Assembly: GCA_963761305.1 (NCBI GenBank)
Contig: CAVXGK010000002.1
Coordinates: 1,824,001 to 1,888,000, forward strand
Length of the DNA stretch: 64,000 nucleotides
From: an uncultured Gemmatimonadaceae bacterium
Lineage (GTDB): Bacteria; Gemmatimonadota; Gemmatimonadetes; Gemmatimonadales; Gemmatimonadaceae
Direction: 5' to 3'
The notes beneath the pieces were generated by a model. That model was not told the DNA's origin, did no database searches, and saw only the letters and a program-made list of their open reading frames with translations. Positions 27,478 to 38,075 of the stretch are shown here, piece by piece. The translations under genes and the position numbers were made by a program. The first letter of the stretch is position 1. Every line of letters starts with the position of its first letter.

Positions 27478-29640
27478 ATGATCGACACGTCCACGGTCCG
27501 GTCTGTCGCAAGGATCGGGCTCGCCGTTCTGCTCGGCGTTACCGCAACACGGGCCGCCCAGGCTCAGGATCGCCTGAAGACGATGCCCGGCTACGAGCAG
27601 TATCAGCGAATGGCGCCGCAGATCGCGCAGGTCGCGGCCACCGTGAGCAGCCGCTCGTTCGGGGGGGGCCAGTTCGGTCCGCCGATCGCGTGGACGCCGG
27701 ACGGCAAGTATGTGGTCTTTCAGAGCGGCGGTCAGACGCACACGTACGACGTGGCGGCGCACAAGGTGATCGATCAGCCGCCGTCGGCTGCGGCGCAGCC
27801 GGCGGGTCGCGGCGGCCGCGCGGGCGGCGGTCAGCCCGAGCGCGGACGACAGTTCAGCGCGGCCGTCGCACCGGCGGGGAACCATCGGGCGATCTACAAG
27901 GATCGCAACGTCTGGATCGGCGACTCGACGGGCGCCAACGCGGTCGCCATCACCACCGACGGAAGCGACAAAACGCGAGTGAAGTACGGCACGGCGAGCT
28001 GGGTATACGGCGAGGAGCTGGGCCAGCGCACGGCGATGTGGTGGTCGCCCGACGGCAAGAGGCTCGCGTTCTACCGGTTTGATGAGAGCAGGGTCCCGGA
28101 CTTTTATCTCGCCACGAACCTGACCAAGGTGCAGGACACGCTCGACGTCGAGGCGTACCCCAAGCCGGGCGTTCCCAATCCGGTCGTCGACCTCCTGGTC
28201 TACGACGTGGACACGAAGACGACGAGCAAGATCAACGTCCGCGACGGAAAGGATTTCGCCAACGACGTGTTGGGCTACTACGTCTTTCGCGTCGAGTGGT
28301 CGCCGAAGGGCGACGAGCTGACGTTTCTGCGCACGAACCGCCGCCAGAACGTGCTCGAGATGGTCGCCTGCACGTCGGGCGCGCCGACCTGCCGCGTGGT
28401 CATCCACGAAGAGTGGCCCACGGGCTGGATCGACGACGATCCGGCGCCGCAGGTACAGTGGCTGGCGGACGGCAACCGGTTCATCTGGGAATCGGATCGC
28501 AGTGGGTTCAAGAATTACTATTTGTATGACTTCAAAGCCGGCCGCCTGATCAATCCGGTCACCAAGCTCGGGGCCGAGGTGTCGAGCATCGTGCGGGTCG
28601 ACGAGCCGTCGAACATGCTCTACTACATGGCGCGCGACGGCGACAACTATATGAAGTTCCAATTCCATCGCGTGAAGCTCGACGGCACCGGCGACGTGCG
28701 GCTCACCGATCCGCATTTCATGCACACCGTGCAGCTCTCGCCCGACGCGAAGCACTTCGTCGACGTCGCGGAGACGCACGACACGCCCGCGGTGACCCGA
28801 ATGGTCGACATGAAGGGCACGGTCGAAGGCGAAATCACCCACACCGACATCTCGAAGTTCGATCAGCTCGGGCTCAAGAAGCTCGAGATGTACACGTACA
28901 CGACGTCCGATGGCCAAGCGACGCTGCACGGATTGATCAGCTATCCGTCGAACTTCGATCCCGGCAAGAAGTATCCGGTGCTGGTGAGCGTGTACGGCGG
29001 CCCGGGCGTCGGGAACAGCACCAACGAACGCTTCGGCATGCCGAGCGCGCTCTCGGAATACGGATTCATCGTCCTTCAAGTCGAGGCGCGAACGAATCCC
29101 GGCATGGGCCGGAAGTATCTCGACGCCGTGTATCTCAAGCTCGGGCAGGTCGAGATCGACGACATGGCGGACGGCGTGCGGGCGCTGTTCACGCGGCCGT
29201 ACATCGACCGCAATCGCGTCGGCATCTTCGGCACGTCGTACGGCGGCTACACGTCGGTGATGGAGCTGCTGCGGCATCCGGACGTCTTCGCCGCGGCGTC
29301 GGCGTCGTCGCCGCCGACCGACTGGCGCAACTACGACACGATCTACACCGAGCGGTACATGTGGATTCCGCAGGAGAATGCCGACGGCTACACCAAGGGC
29401 TCGGCGATGACCTACGTGAACGATCTGCACGGCCGGTTGATGCTCTACTTCGGCACGGCGGACAACAACGTGCATCCGTCCAACATGATGCAGCTCGTAT
29501 CGGCGCTCCAGCGCGCGGGCAAGAGCTTCGACCTGCAAGCGGGGCCCGACCAGGGCCACTCGGGTCTCAATCCTCAGCGCATGCTGGAGTTCTTCATCGA
29601 GAATCTGGTCATCTCGCCGCCGGCCCCGAAGGCGCACTAA
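27478..29640 (+). CDS. S9B dipeptidyl-peptidase IV family protein
   Basis: SWVYGEEL, WWSPDG, YPKPG, VYGGP, GTSYGG, YDTIYTERYM, DNNVH. Confidence 0.93.
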   Translation: MIDTSTVRSVARIGLAVLLGVTATRAAQAQDRLKTMPGYEQYQRMAPQIAQVAATVSSRSFGGGQFGPPIAWTPDGKYVVFQSGGQTHTYDVAAHKVIDQPPSAAAQPAGRGGRAGGGQPERGRQFSAAVAPAGNHRAIYKDRNVWIGDSTGANAVAITTDGSDKTRVKYGTASWVYGEELGQRTAMWWSPDGKRLAFYRFDESRVPDFYLATNLTKVQDTLDVEAYPKPGVPNPVVDLLVYDVDTKTTSKINVRDGKDFANDVLGYYVFRVEWSPKGDELTFLRTNRRQNVLEMVACTSGAPTCRVVIHEEWPTGWIDDDPAPQVQWLADGNRFIWESDRSGFKNYYLYDFKAGRLINPVTKLGAEVSSIVRVDEPSNMLYYMARDGDNYMKFQFHRVKLDGTGDVRLTDPHFMHTVQLSPDAKHFVDVAETHDTPAVTRMVDMKGTVEGEITHTDISKFDQLGLKKLEMYTYTTSDGQATLHGLISYPSNFDPGKKYPVLVSVYGGPGVGNSTNERFGMPSALSEYGFIVLQVEARTNPGMGRKYLDAVYLKLGQVEIDDMADGVRALFTRPYIDRNRVGIFGTSYGGYTSVMELLRHPDVFAAASASSPPTDWRNYDTIYTERYMWIPQENADGYTKGSAMTYVNDLHGRLMLYFGTADNNVHPSNMMQLVSALQRAGKSFDLQAGPDQGHSGLNPQRMLEFFIENLVISPPAPKAH

Positions 29641-29644
29641 CCAC

Positions 29645-30133
29645 ATGTTCTCGGGCGAAGAGATCGCGGCGCTGCTCGAGCGGCTCGGCGTCACGCACGT
29701 CGTGACCGTTCCGGATAGCACGATCGGGCCATGGCAAGCGGACATCGAACGCCGCGGCGCGACGCGCGTCGTGCGCGTGTGTCGAGAGGGCGAAGCGTGG
29801 CAGGTCGCCGCCGGACTGCACCTCGGCGGTGCCGTGCCGCTCGTGTTGATCCAATGCACGGGCCTCTTCGAGTCGGGCGACGCAATCCGCAACGCGCTGC
29901 ACGACTGGAAGCTTCCGATCCTCAGCATGATCGGGTATCGGAGCTATTTGAATCAGGACAACCTGCCGGGCGACACGTCGCTCGTGTTCACCGAGCCGAC
30001 GCTCGAGGCGTGGCGCATTCCGTATCGACTGATCACGCGTCCCGAGCAGATGACCGAAATCGAGGAGCACCTGCGCTCGAGTCTCAGCGCATGTGTCCCC
30101 GGCTCGATCGTGATTGCCGAGGGACGGGCATGA
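29645..30133 (+). CDS. comD: Sulfopyruvate/phosphonopyruvate decarboxylase alpha-subunit-like (ThDP Pyr domain)
   Basis: GVTHVVTVPDS, VCREGEAWQVAAGLHLGG, QCTGL; paired with PP-domain gene. Confidence 0.7.
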   Translation: MFSGEEIAALLERLGVTHVVTVPDSTIGPWQADIERRGATRVVRVCREGEAWQVAAGLHLGGAVPLVLIQCTGLFESGDAIRNALHDWKLPILSMIGYRSYLNQDNLPGDTSLVFTEPTLEAWRIPYRLITRPEQMTEIEEHLRSSLSACVPGSIVIAEGRA

Positions 30134-30720
30134 GCGCGCGGAGTTCAGACCGGATGCCGGCGCGCGAGGCGCTCGCCGCGATCCACGGCGCGCGGGCCGA
30201 CCGCGATGTCGTCGTCACGACGATGACGCCGGCGCGCGATTGGATGACCTTCACGCCGCACGCGCTCGACGTCGTGATGGTGCCGTCGGCGATGGGACAC
30301 GCGACGTCGATCGGACTCGGGCTGGCGCTCGCCCAACCGTCGCGACGCGTGATCGTATGCAACGGCGACGGGTCGATGCTGATGAACCTCGGTTCGCTCG
30401 TCTCCATCGCCGAGGCGAAGGCCGCCAACCTCGTCGTCGTGCTATTCGAGAACGGCGTGTACGAGGTCACGGGCGAGGAGCCGATTCCGGCCGCGGGCAA
30501 CGTCGACTTTGGAGCGATCGCGCGCGCCGCAGGATTCACGTCGACGTTCGAGTTCTCTGATCTCGCGGCGTGGGAAGCCGGCGCCGCCGGCGCAATCGCC
30601 GCGCCGGGGCCGACGTTCATCCGGCTTCACGTGTCGACGCAGCCGGGAACTCCCGCCCCCAAATCACCCGGCCCCGCATCCGAACGCGGCCGCCGACTGA
30701 TAGCGGCGCTGCGGGCCTAG
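30130..30720 (+). CDS. comE: Sulfopyruvate/phosphonopyruvate decarboxylase beta-subunit-like (ThDP PP domain)
   Basis: SAMGHATSIGLGLALA, GDGSMLMNLGSL...FENG ThDP-binding motif; ATGA overlap. Confidence 0.7.
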   Translation: MSARSSDRMPAREALAAIHGARADRDVVVTTMTPARDWMTFTPHALDVVMVPSAMGHATSIGLGLALAQPSRRVIVCNGDGSMLMNLGSLVSIAEAKAANLVVVLFENGVYEVTGEEPIPAAGNVDFGAIARAAGFTSTFEFSDLAAWEAGAAGAIAAPGPTFIRLHVSTQPGTPAPKSPGPASERGRRLIAALRA

Positions 30721-30749
30721 AAGTCCGAGCTTCGCCGTTCCAAAAAAAA

Positions 30750-30892
30750 CGTCTCCGTTTTTCTCCGTCCCATCCGTTTGTGTCCGTGTACCAATCGTTG
30801 ATCTCCGAGTGGGCGCTCATGGGCCGGTGCGCCAGATGAGCCATTACGATTTTTAAACGGACACAAACGGATTTGACTGCCACAAACGGATC
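30750..30892. repeat. Long imperfect palindromic element between convergent genes
   Basis: Arms ATCCGTTTGTGTCCGT (30772-30787) and ACGGACACAAACGGAT (30857-30872) with internal ~10-bp submotif. Confidence 0.75.
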
Positions 30893-30913
30893 AACTGTTT
30901 GGGGTTGCGACCG

Positions 30914-33418
30914 TTATTCCTCTCGCAGCGCGGCGTTTGGATCCAGAGCCGCGGCTCGGCGTGATGGTACCCAGCAGGCAAAGGCCGCGATGGCCGCGAA
31001 GACGACGGCGATCGCGACGTAGGTGACCGGGTCGGTCGGCGTGATCGAAACCAGCATGTTCGCGCGCTGCATGACACCGGTGAGCGCGAAGGCGGCAAAC
31101 AGTCCGCCGGCGATGCCGATGCCGCTCAGCACCATGCCCTGTCCGATCATCAGCCGGAAGATGCTCTGCGCGGTCGCGCCGAACGCCATGCGCACACCGA
31201 TTTCCGCCGTGCGTTGGCGAACCGCCGTCGACAGCACACCATACAGTCCGACGCCGGCGAGCGCGGCGGCGACCATCGCGAAGACGCCGATCAGGACCAG
31301 CGAGAAACGCGTCGGCGCCATCGCGCGGTTCACATAGTCCGACATCGGCTTCAGGTCGCCGATCGGAACGAGGCGATCGACGTCGGCGACGACGTGGCGA
31401 ATCTGGGGCTCCAGGCGAGCCGGGTCACCGGTCGTGCGAACGGCCCAGCGCCCCGCAGCCCCGAATCCAGCCGTGCCGTCGACGACGAAGACGTCTTCGC
31501 GCCCGGGCTCGGCGAGCGAGAGGTGGCGTTCGTGTCCCGCGACGCCGACGACCTGATACATCTGCGGCTCGGGCGTCACGATGCGACACAAAAGTTGCTT
31601 GCCGACGACTTGCGACAGCGGCATTCCCGGGAAGGCCTTCGCGGCGAGCAGGTCGTCGATGATGATGCCGGTCGCGTTGTTGGTGTTGTCGGCGTCGGTG
31701 AACGCGTGGCCGGCGAGCATGCGCGCGTGCATCGCGGCGAAGTAGCCGGGAAGCACGAAGAACACCGTCGCCTGGCGGAAGCGCGACGCGTCTTCGGCGG
31801 CATTCGGAAGACCCCACCGCATGGTGAAATCGTTTCCGTCGAGCGGCAGCGGCGTCGCGGCCGTCACCGCGGTGACGCCCGGAATCTCCTCGAGATGTTT
31901 CTTCAGGTTGCTGGCGAACGCTTGTCGCTGCTCGGGTCTGAAAAGGCCGTTTGGCGGAGCGGTGAAGGTCAGAACGCCGCTCGGGTCGTAGCCGGCATCG
32001 ACGCGCGACAGCGCCATGAAGCTTCGCAGCATCAGGCCGGAGCCGACGAGCAACACGAACGAGAGCGCCACTTCGGCGATGACGACTGCCTGTCGCACGA
32101 ATTTGCCCGACTGAAGCCCCGATGACCGTCCAGACGCGCGCAGCGTCTGCGCCAAATTCGGTCGCGACGCGCGGAGCGCCGGAAGAATTCCGAACACGAG
32201 CGCCGCGACGGCGGCGATTGCCGCCGTGAAGCCAAGTACCATCGGATCGATCGACACGTCGCCGATGCGCGGCAGGTTGGCTGGCGCGATGTCGAGCAAC
32301 AGCGTGATGCCCAGCTTGGCGAGTCCGAGGCCGACGACCGCGCCGCAACCGGCGAGCACCAGGCTCTCGGCGAGCATCTGCACGATCAACGCGCCGCGGG
32401 AACCACCGAGCGCGGATCGAACCGCCAGCTCACGCTCGCGCGCCGAGGCGCGGACGAGCAAGAGGTTGGCGACGTTGGCGCACGCAATGAGGAGCACGAA
32501 CATGACGGCGCCCATGAGCGCGAGGATCGCCGGCCGCACGCTCTTGACGATGCCTTCCGACATCGGCTCGGCGTACCACACCGTGTTCGAGGTCTTCTTG
32601 ATCGGAAAGCGCGACTGGAGATCGACGGTGAGACTGGCCAACTGCGCGTTCGCCATATCCAGCGTCGCGCCAGGCTTGAGACGTCCGACGGCGTGGTACT
32701 GCGCGTTGATCCGCGAGGCGGTGCTGTAGTCGATCCGATTCGCCTGATAGGCGTCGGGTTCGTCGGCCGTTCCGCCAAGGCCGGTGTTGAAGACCATCGT
32801 GAGGCTCGGCTCGGCGACGCCGACGATGGTCGAGCGCAGCCCGAAGATCTGCACCGTCCTGCCGATCACCGACGAGTCGCCTCCGAACGTTCGCTCCCAG
32901 AGTCCGTGGCTCAGAATGGTGGTCTGCGGCGGAAGCCTGGCTGGATCGAACGGCAGCGGCTTGCCATCGGGGCCGTTCGGCGGTGGCGGCGGCGCCGCGC
33001 CGTCGGCCTCGACGAAGTTGCGGCCAAACGCGATGCGCGCGCCGAGTACCGTAAAGAAGTTCGGCGTGACGCCGGCGACGACCACTTGCTCTGGTCTGCC
33101 GTCGTCCCCGACGAGGGGACCGGGAAACGCGGCGATTCCGGCGATCGACTCGAACGCGGTCGCCCGGTCGCGGAGATCGAGCCAGTCACCCGGCATGATC
33201 GGGAAGTCGATGACCTTGCGCGCCCGCATGTCGGACTTGACGAGAGCGAGGCGATTCGGCTGGGCGTACGGAAGCGGCCGCAGCAGGACGGCGTTCACCA
33301 CGCTGAAGATCGCGGTGGTTGCGCCGGTTCCCAGCGCGATCGTGACGACGGCCGTGAGGGTGAACGCCGGGTGCTTGCGGAGCGATCGGACGGCAAAGCC
33401 GAGGTCTTTGATGAACAT
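30914..33418 (-). CDS. ADOP-type duplicated ABC transporter permease (MacB/FtsX-like)
   Basis: TIALGTGATTAIFSVVNAVLLRPLPY, LLIACANVANLLL, GLYGVLS...RTAEIGVRMAFGA, ALREE. Confidence 0.93.
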   Translation of the reverse strand: MFIKDLGFAVRSLRKHPAFTLTAVVTIALGTGATTAIFSVVNAVLLRPLPYAQPNRLALVKSDMRARKVIDFPIMPGDWLDLRDRATAFESIAGIAAFPGPLVGDDGRPEQVVVAGVTPNFFTVLGARIAFGRNFVEADGAAPPPPPNGPDGKPLPFDPARLPPQTTILSHGLWERTFGGDSSVIGRTVQIFGLRSTIVGVAEPSLTMVFNTGLGGTADEPDAYQANRIDYSTASRINAQYHAVGRLKPGATLDMANAQLASLTVDLQSRFPIKKTSNTVWYAEPMSEGIVKSVRPAILALMGAVMFVLLIACANVANLLLVRASARERELAVRSALGGSRGALIVQMLAESLVLAGCGAVVGLGLAKLGITLLLDIAPANLPRIGDVSIDPMVLGFTAAIAAVAALVFGILPALRASRPNLAQTLRASGRSSGLQSGKFVRQAVVIAEVALSFVLLVGSGLMLRSFMALSRVDAGYDPSGVLTFTAPPNGLFRPEQRQAFASNLKKHLEEIPGVTAVTAATPLPLDGNDFTMRWGLPNAAEDASRFRQATVFFVLPGYFAAMHARMLAGHAFTDADNTNNATGIIIDDLLAAKAFPGMPLSQVVGKQLLCRIVTPEPQMYQVVGVAGHERHLSLAEPGREDVFVVDGTAGFGAAGRWAVRTTGDPARLEPQIRHVVADVDRLVPIGDLKPMSDYVNRAMAPTRFSLVLIGVFAMVAAALAGVGLYGVLSTAVRQRTAEIGVRMAFGATAQSIFRLMIGQGMVLSGIGIAGGLFAAFALTGVMQRANMLVSITPTDPVTYVAIAVVFAAIAAFACWVPSRRAAALDPNAALREE

Positions 33419-33434
33419 CGAGGTGGGCCGGTGC

Positions 33435-33473
33435 GGGGTGCGGAGACGGGGTGCGGAGACGGGGTGCGGAGAC
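33435..33473. repeat. 13-bp tandem repeat x3 (GGGGTGCGGAGAC)
   Basis: Three exact copies at 33435, 33448, 33461, immediately upstream of the permease start. Confidence 0.85.
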
Positions 33474-33760
33474 CTGGGACGCGTGCGGGGGCGGAGTGCG
33501 GTGGGTGGGTCGAACAGAACTCAGTCGCTCCGGGCACGGAGCGTTCCCCGTCGGCGGCGGGCCAAAGCGTTGAGGCATTGACGCTTAGAATTCCGCGGGC
33601 GATGTTCCGACGCTCGCCTGTGGGACGCACTGTTCGGATACGAACACGTGGTCGCCGGGAGCTCGCGCGATTTCGGGCACTCGCGCGTAGATCAACGGAC
33701 CCCACCGCTTGGAACCACCTGTAAAGACCCGCCCACTTTCAGTACAAACAAGGAGATCGG

Positions 33761-36700
33761 ATGTCGCGTTCGATTCGATCGATCCGCCGATGGAGCACGA
33801 TCGTCGTCGCCGCCGGGCTGTCCCTGCCCGTCGCCAGCGCGCTCGCGCAGTCGGCGCAGAAAATCGATCAGGAATACACGGCGCAGATCAAGAAGGAGTT
33901 GTCTGATCCGCGCATCTCGACTGAACTGGTCGACCATCTGCCGGCATCGAGCACGGTCCCGACGCCGCTCAAGTTCCTCGGCCACATCGTCGGCGCGCGT
34001 GGCGTGGTCGACCACGCCGAGGACATTCACCGCTATCTAGAGGCGGTGGCAAAGGCGTCGAACGGCCGCGCGAAGTTCTGGAAGATCGGCAAGACGGAGG
34101 AAGGGCGCGACATCGTGCTGATGGCGATCGCCGATCCCAAGACGATCGCGAATCTCGACCAGTACAAGGGCTATCTCCACGAGCTGACCGACCCGCGCAA
34201 GACGAGCGAGACGCGGGCGAAGCAGCTCATCCATACGGCGAAGCCGATCTACTGGGCCGTGAGCGGCATGCATTCACCGGAATCCGGCGGCCCCGAGATG
34301 CTGATGGAGCTCGCGTACCGGCTCGTGGTCGAAGAGACGCCGCTCGTTCAGAACATCCGCAACAACGTCATCACGTTGATCACACCGGTGATCGAAGTCG
34401 ACGGCCGCGACGCGTACGTCGACAACCACAACTTCAACGTGAAGTGGGCGAAGGATCATCCAAACCCGAACGCGCAACAGGGCGCCGGACGCGGTGGCGG
34501 GGGCGGTCCGTTGCCGCTCATGTACTGGGGCAAGTACGTGCAGCACGACAACAATCGTGACGGCATGGGGCAGTTCCTCGACCTGACCAAGGTCACGACG
34601 AAGACGTTTCTCGAGTGGACGCCGACTTTCCTCCACGACCTGCACGAGGCGCAGACGTATCTGTACGCGTCGACGGGCACGGGGCCATACAACGACGCGC
34701 TCGATCCGATCACGGTCGACGAGTGGTGGTACATGGCCAAGAACGACGTGATGGAGATGACGAAGCGCGGCGTGCCGGGCGTGTGGACCTACGGCTTCTA
34801 CGACGGCTGGGTCCCGAATTACATGTTCTTCATCGCGCACACGCACAACGCGACCGGCCGCTTCTATGAAGTGCAGAGCTACTGTTCGGGTGACTGCGAG
34901 TGGTATCCCGTGAAGCCGGGCGCGACGACGACGAGCAAGGAGTGGTTCCGTCCGAATCCACCGCTCGATTCGATCATGTGGAGCCCGCGCGCCAACACGA
35001 ACATCCAGGAGTCGGCGATCCTCTTCGCGCTGAATCGTGTCGCGAAGGACAAGGAGATGTTCCTCGAGAACTACTGGATCAAGAACAACGACGCGGTCAA
35101 CCGCGGCAAGAAAGGCCCGGTGTACGCGTGGGTGATTCCGGCGAACCAGCATGCGCGTGAGAACGCGGCGGAAGCCGTAAACGAGCTCGAGACGCAGGGC
35201 CTCGAGTTCCAGCGCGCGAATTCGTCGTTCACCGCGGGCAAGGTGCAGGTCAACGCGGGCGACTACATCATCCGCGGCGACCAGCCGTATCGCACGATCG
35301 CCGACATGTACTTCTCGCTCCAGAACTTCGCGCCGGGCAACCCGTCGCCGTACGACGACACGGGCTGGACGTTCCCGCTGATGCGCAACATCACGGTCAC
35401 GGAGATCACCGACCCCAGCGCCCTCAAGCAGCCGATGACGCCGGTGAAGGGTCTCGTCACCGCGCCGGGCGGCATCACGGGCAACGGCAGCACGGTCGTG
35501 GTCGAGAACAACAGCGACAACACGCTCGTCTCGTTCCGCTTCAAGAATCCAGGCGTGAAGATGTCGGCCGCCGAAGAGTCGTTCTCGGCCGACGGGCACA
35601 ACTTCGCGCCGGGCGCGATTATCATCGCCAACGCGAACACGGCGCAGCTCGAGCCGTCGCTCAAGTCGTTCGGCCTCACGGCCTACGCGGTGGCGTCGGC
35701 GCCGACGGTCAAGTCGCACGACCTCGACATCCCGCGCATCGGCTACATCCATAGCTGGACGCGCACGCAGGACGAGGGCTGGGTCCGCGCGGCGTTCGAC
35801 ACGTACGGCGTTCCGTACAAGTACTTCGGCGAGAACGTTGTCGCGAAGATGGGCGACCTGCGTTCGCAGTTCGACGTCATCATCTATCCGCACGGCGGCA
35901 GCGGCGTCGGTGGTGGACGCGGTGGCCGCGGCGGCGGTGCCGGGGGGGACGCGGTGGCGCGGCCGAAGATCTGCCGGTTCCCTACAAGAGCACGAAGGAA
36001 TTCCCCGCGCTCGGCTATCCGGATTCGACGGACGACGTGCGCGGCGCGCTCGGTGAAGAGGGCATGAAGGCGCTGTACGCGTTCGTGCAGCACGGCGGCA
36101 CGCTCATCACGGAAGGCGGCACGTCGCAGATCCTGCCGGAGATGAACCTCACGCCTGGCGTGAAGTACGAGGCGGCGACCGGCCTCTTCGCGCGCGGCAC
36201 GATCCTCCGCGCCGAGATCACGGACGCAAAGAGCCCGCTCGTCTACGGCTACAATCGTTCGGAGGTCCCGGTGTACTTCAGCTCCGGTCCGGTGCTGAAC
36301 ACCAACGCCGCGGCGGCAACGGTCGCGAGCGAGACGGCGACTCCGGCCGATGGTGGCGCCGGACGTGGCGGAGCGCGCGGCACGCAGACGCAGAACACGA
36401 CGCCGATGGCGACGCCGCTCAAGCTGTCGGCGTGGGATCCCGATCACACGGGCGTCGCGTACGGTCTGGCGACGAGCATCGGCAACGACTTCAACGTCGC
36501 GCAGGCGGGTCAGCAGGCGGGCGGTCGCGGTGGTCGTGGCGGCGCCGGCGGTGGCGGTGGCGCCGGTGGGTTTGGTGGATTCGGCGGCGGCGGCGGACCG
36601 GTCACGGTGCCGGGACTCACCGCCGACCCGAGCTCCTCGACACGCGTCGTGATGCAGTTCCCGGCGAAAGCCGAGGACATGCTGCTCTCCGGCACGTTGG

Positions 36701-36870
36701 AGAACGGCGCGCTCCTCTCGAACCGCGCGAATCTCGTGGACGAGAAGATCGGCAACGGTCACGTCGTGATGTTCGCCTTCCGTCCGTACTGGCGGTGGCA
36801 GACCCAGGGCACGTTCGCGATCGGCTTCAACGCGATCATGAACTGGAACGATCTCGACGCGGGCAAATAG
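33761..36870 (+). pseudogene. M14 family zinc carboxypeptidase, split by a frameshift at ~35942-35948
   Basis: HSPE, HDNNRD, LHDLHE motifs in 33761-36067; continuation EDLPVPYKSTKEFPALGYPDSTDDVRGALGEEG...RWQTQGT in a different frame; a G7 run marks the switch. Confidence 0.85.
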
Positions 36871-36895
36871 TTGGCGCGAGGTCCCACGAAAACAC

Positions 36896-36929
36896 GAACG
36901 GCCCGCTCTCGCGGGCCGTTCTGCTTTTT
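36896..36929 (+). terminator. Rho-independent terminator
   Basis: GAACGGCCCGC-TCTC-GCGGGCCGTTC followed by TGCTTTTT. Confidence 0.75.
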
Positions 36930-36979
36930 GGGATCTGTTGGCCGCCGGACGGCTGGGCCACCGGTCGGTTTAGAAAAAA

Positions 36980-37110
36980 TGAACGCAGATGCCACAGATT
37001 GGAACCGCAATGCCGCAGATGAACGGCAATGGGCTCGGACTTCTTAGTATCCGAGGCCTCTTGCAAATCGCCGTTGATCTGCGGGCATCTGCGGCATTGC
37101 CGTTCAATTT
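36980..37110. repeat. Long imperfect palindromic element between convergent genes
   Basis: Arms GCAATGCCGCAGATG (37007-37021) and CATCTGCGGCATTGC (37086-37100), repeated CGCAGAT/CACAGAT submotifs. Confidence 0.75.
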
Positions 37111-37150
37111 TGCTCAAGCGCCAACAGTGGCTCGCCTGGCGAACCGAGAG

Positions 37151-37933
37151 CTATTTCCCCACGCGCCGGCCGAGAATCATCTTGACGATCTTCTTGTCGC
37201 CGGCGGCGGTAAGTGTCGTGCCGTAACCGAAGTTGAATTCCCACTGCGGCCCGAAGTCGAGATTCGTCGCCAAGAAGATCTGGTGTTGCTGTTCGGACAA
37301 GGGGTCGAGTCGGTTGATCGGACCTGTCGCGCCGTAGTACTCCACGGAGAGATTCACTTTCTTGGTGACGTCGTACCCGACATCGACGTTCGGCGAGAAA
37401 ACAAACGGCACGTTCGCCGTCGGGCCGCGCAAAGATTTCTCGAGCGTGGGATTGATCGAGGCGTACCACGGTCCCATCTGCTTGTCGATGATCGGACGCA
37501 GCTCGTAGGTCCAGGTGTCGCCGGTGAACGACGCTTTCGTGTACCCGACTTCCTGCGAGATGCTCACGCCGACAGGCCACCCCCAGCTCTCGGGCACGCG
37601 AAAGCGCGGGCGGATGTGCGAGCCCACCCACTGCCACGACTGTCCGGACGGCACCGACGTGAACCAGTAGAACCCGATCTCGGACCAGTCGTTGAGCCCG
37701 TGGGTGATCTCGAGCGTCTCGTGGACGGCGTGGTTGGTCGGGCTCAATCCGTCGCTCGACCCCAGTTTGCTGCCGTCGATCGTGAAGTTCGAGTGCAGCT
37801 CGAACATCGTCACGCCGCGGGGCACCGTTTCCGCCCCGTACACCTGAATCTCGTAGTTGTCCTGCGCCGCCGACGACGTCGCGGTCACGGCGATCGAAAG
37901 CAGGGCGGCGATGACCAACGCACGCTGATTCAT
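37151..37933 (-). CDS. Conserved hypothetical secreted/outer-membrane beta-rich protein
   Basis: Signal peptide then QDNYEIQVYGAETV..ELHSNF..HETLEITHG..ELRPIIDKQ. Confidence 0.8.
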   Translation of the reverse strand: MNQRALVIAALLSIAVTATSSAAQDNYEIQVYGAETVPRGVTMFELHSNFTIDGSKLGSSDGLSPTNHAVHETLEITHGLNDWSEIGFYWFTSVPSGQSWQWVGSHIRPRFRVPESWGWPVGVSISQEVGYTKASFTGDTWTYELRPIIDKQMGPWYASINPTLEKSLRGPTANVPFVFSPNVDVGYDVTKKVNLSVEYYGATGPINRLDPLSEQQHQIFLATNLDFGPQWEFNFGYGTTLTAAGDKKIVKMILGRRVGK

Positions 37934-38075
37934 GGAAGCCATTCGAGGCGAGGGTGAGGGAAAAGAGGAGGCGTTGCAGGCGTCTCCAGTGCTTACGGCG
38001 ACCGGCCGAGCGGCGCTGGGCGTTGACGCCGAGTGCCGTCGCAAAGTATATCGCGACGTCTCGACGGGAGGATGC

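Noticed and set aside
27448..29928. 826-aa - strand ORF
   Set aside because: Antisense shadow of DPP-IV.
29645..30720. Phosphonate biosynthetic cluster
   Set aside because: No PEP mutase (EDKxxxxxNS motif) or related genes in the window.
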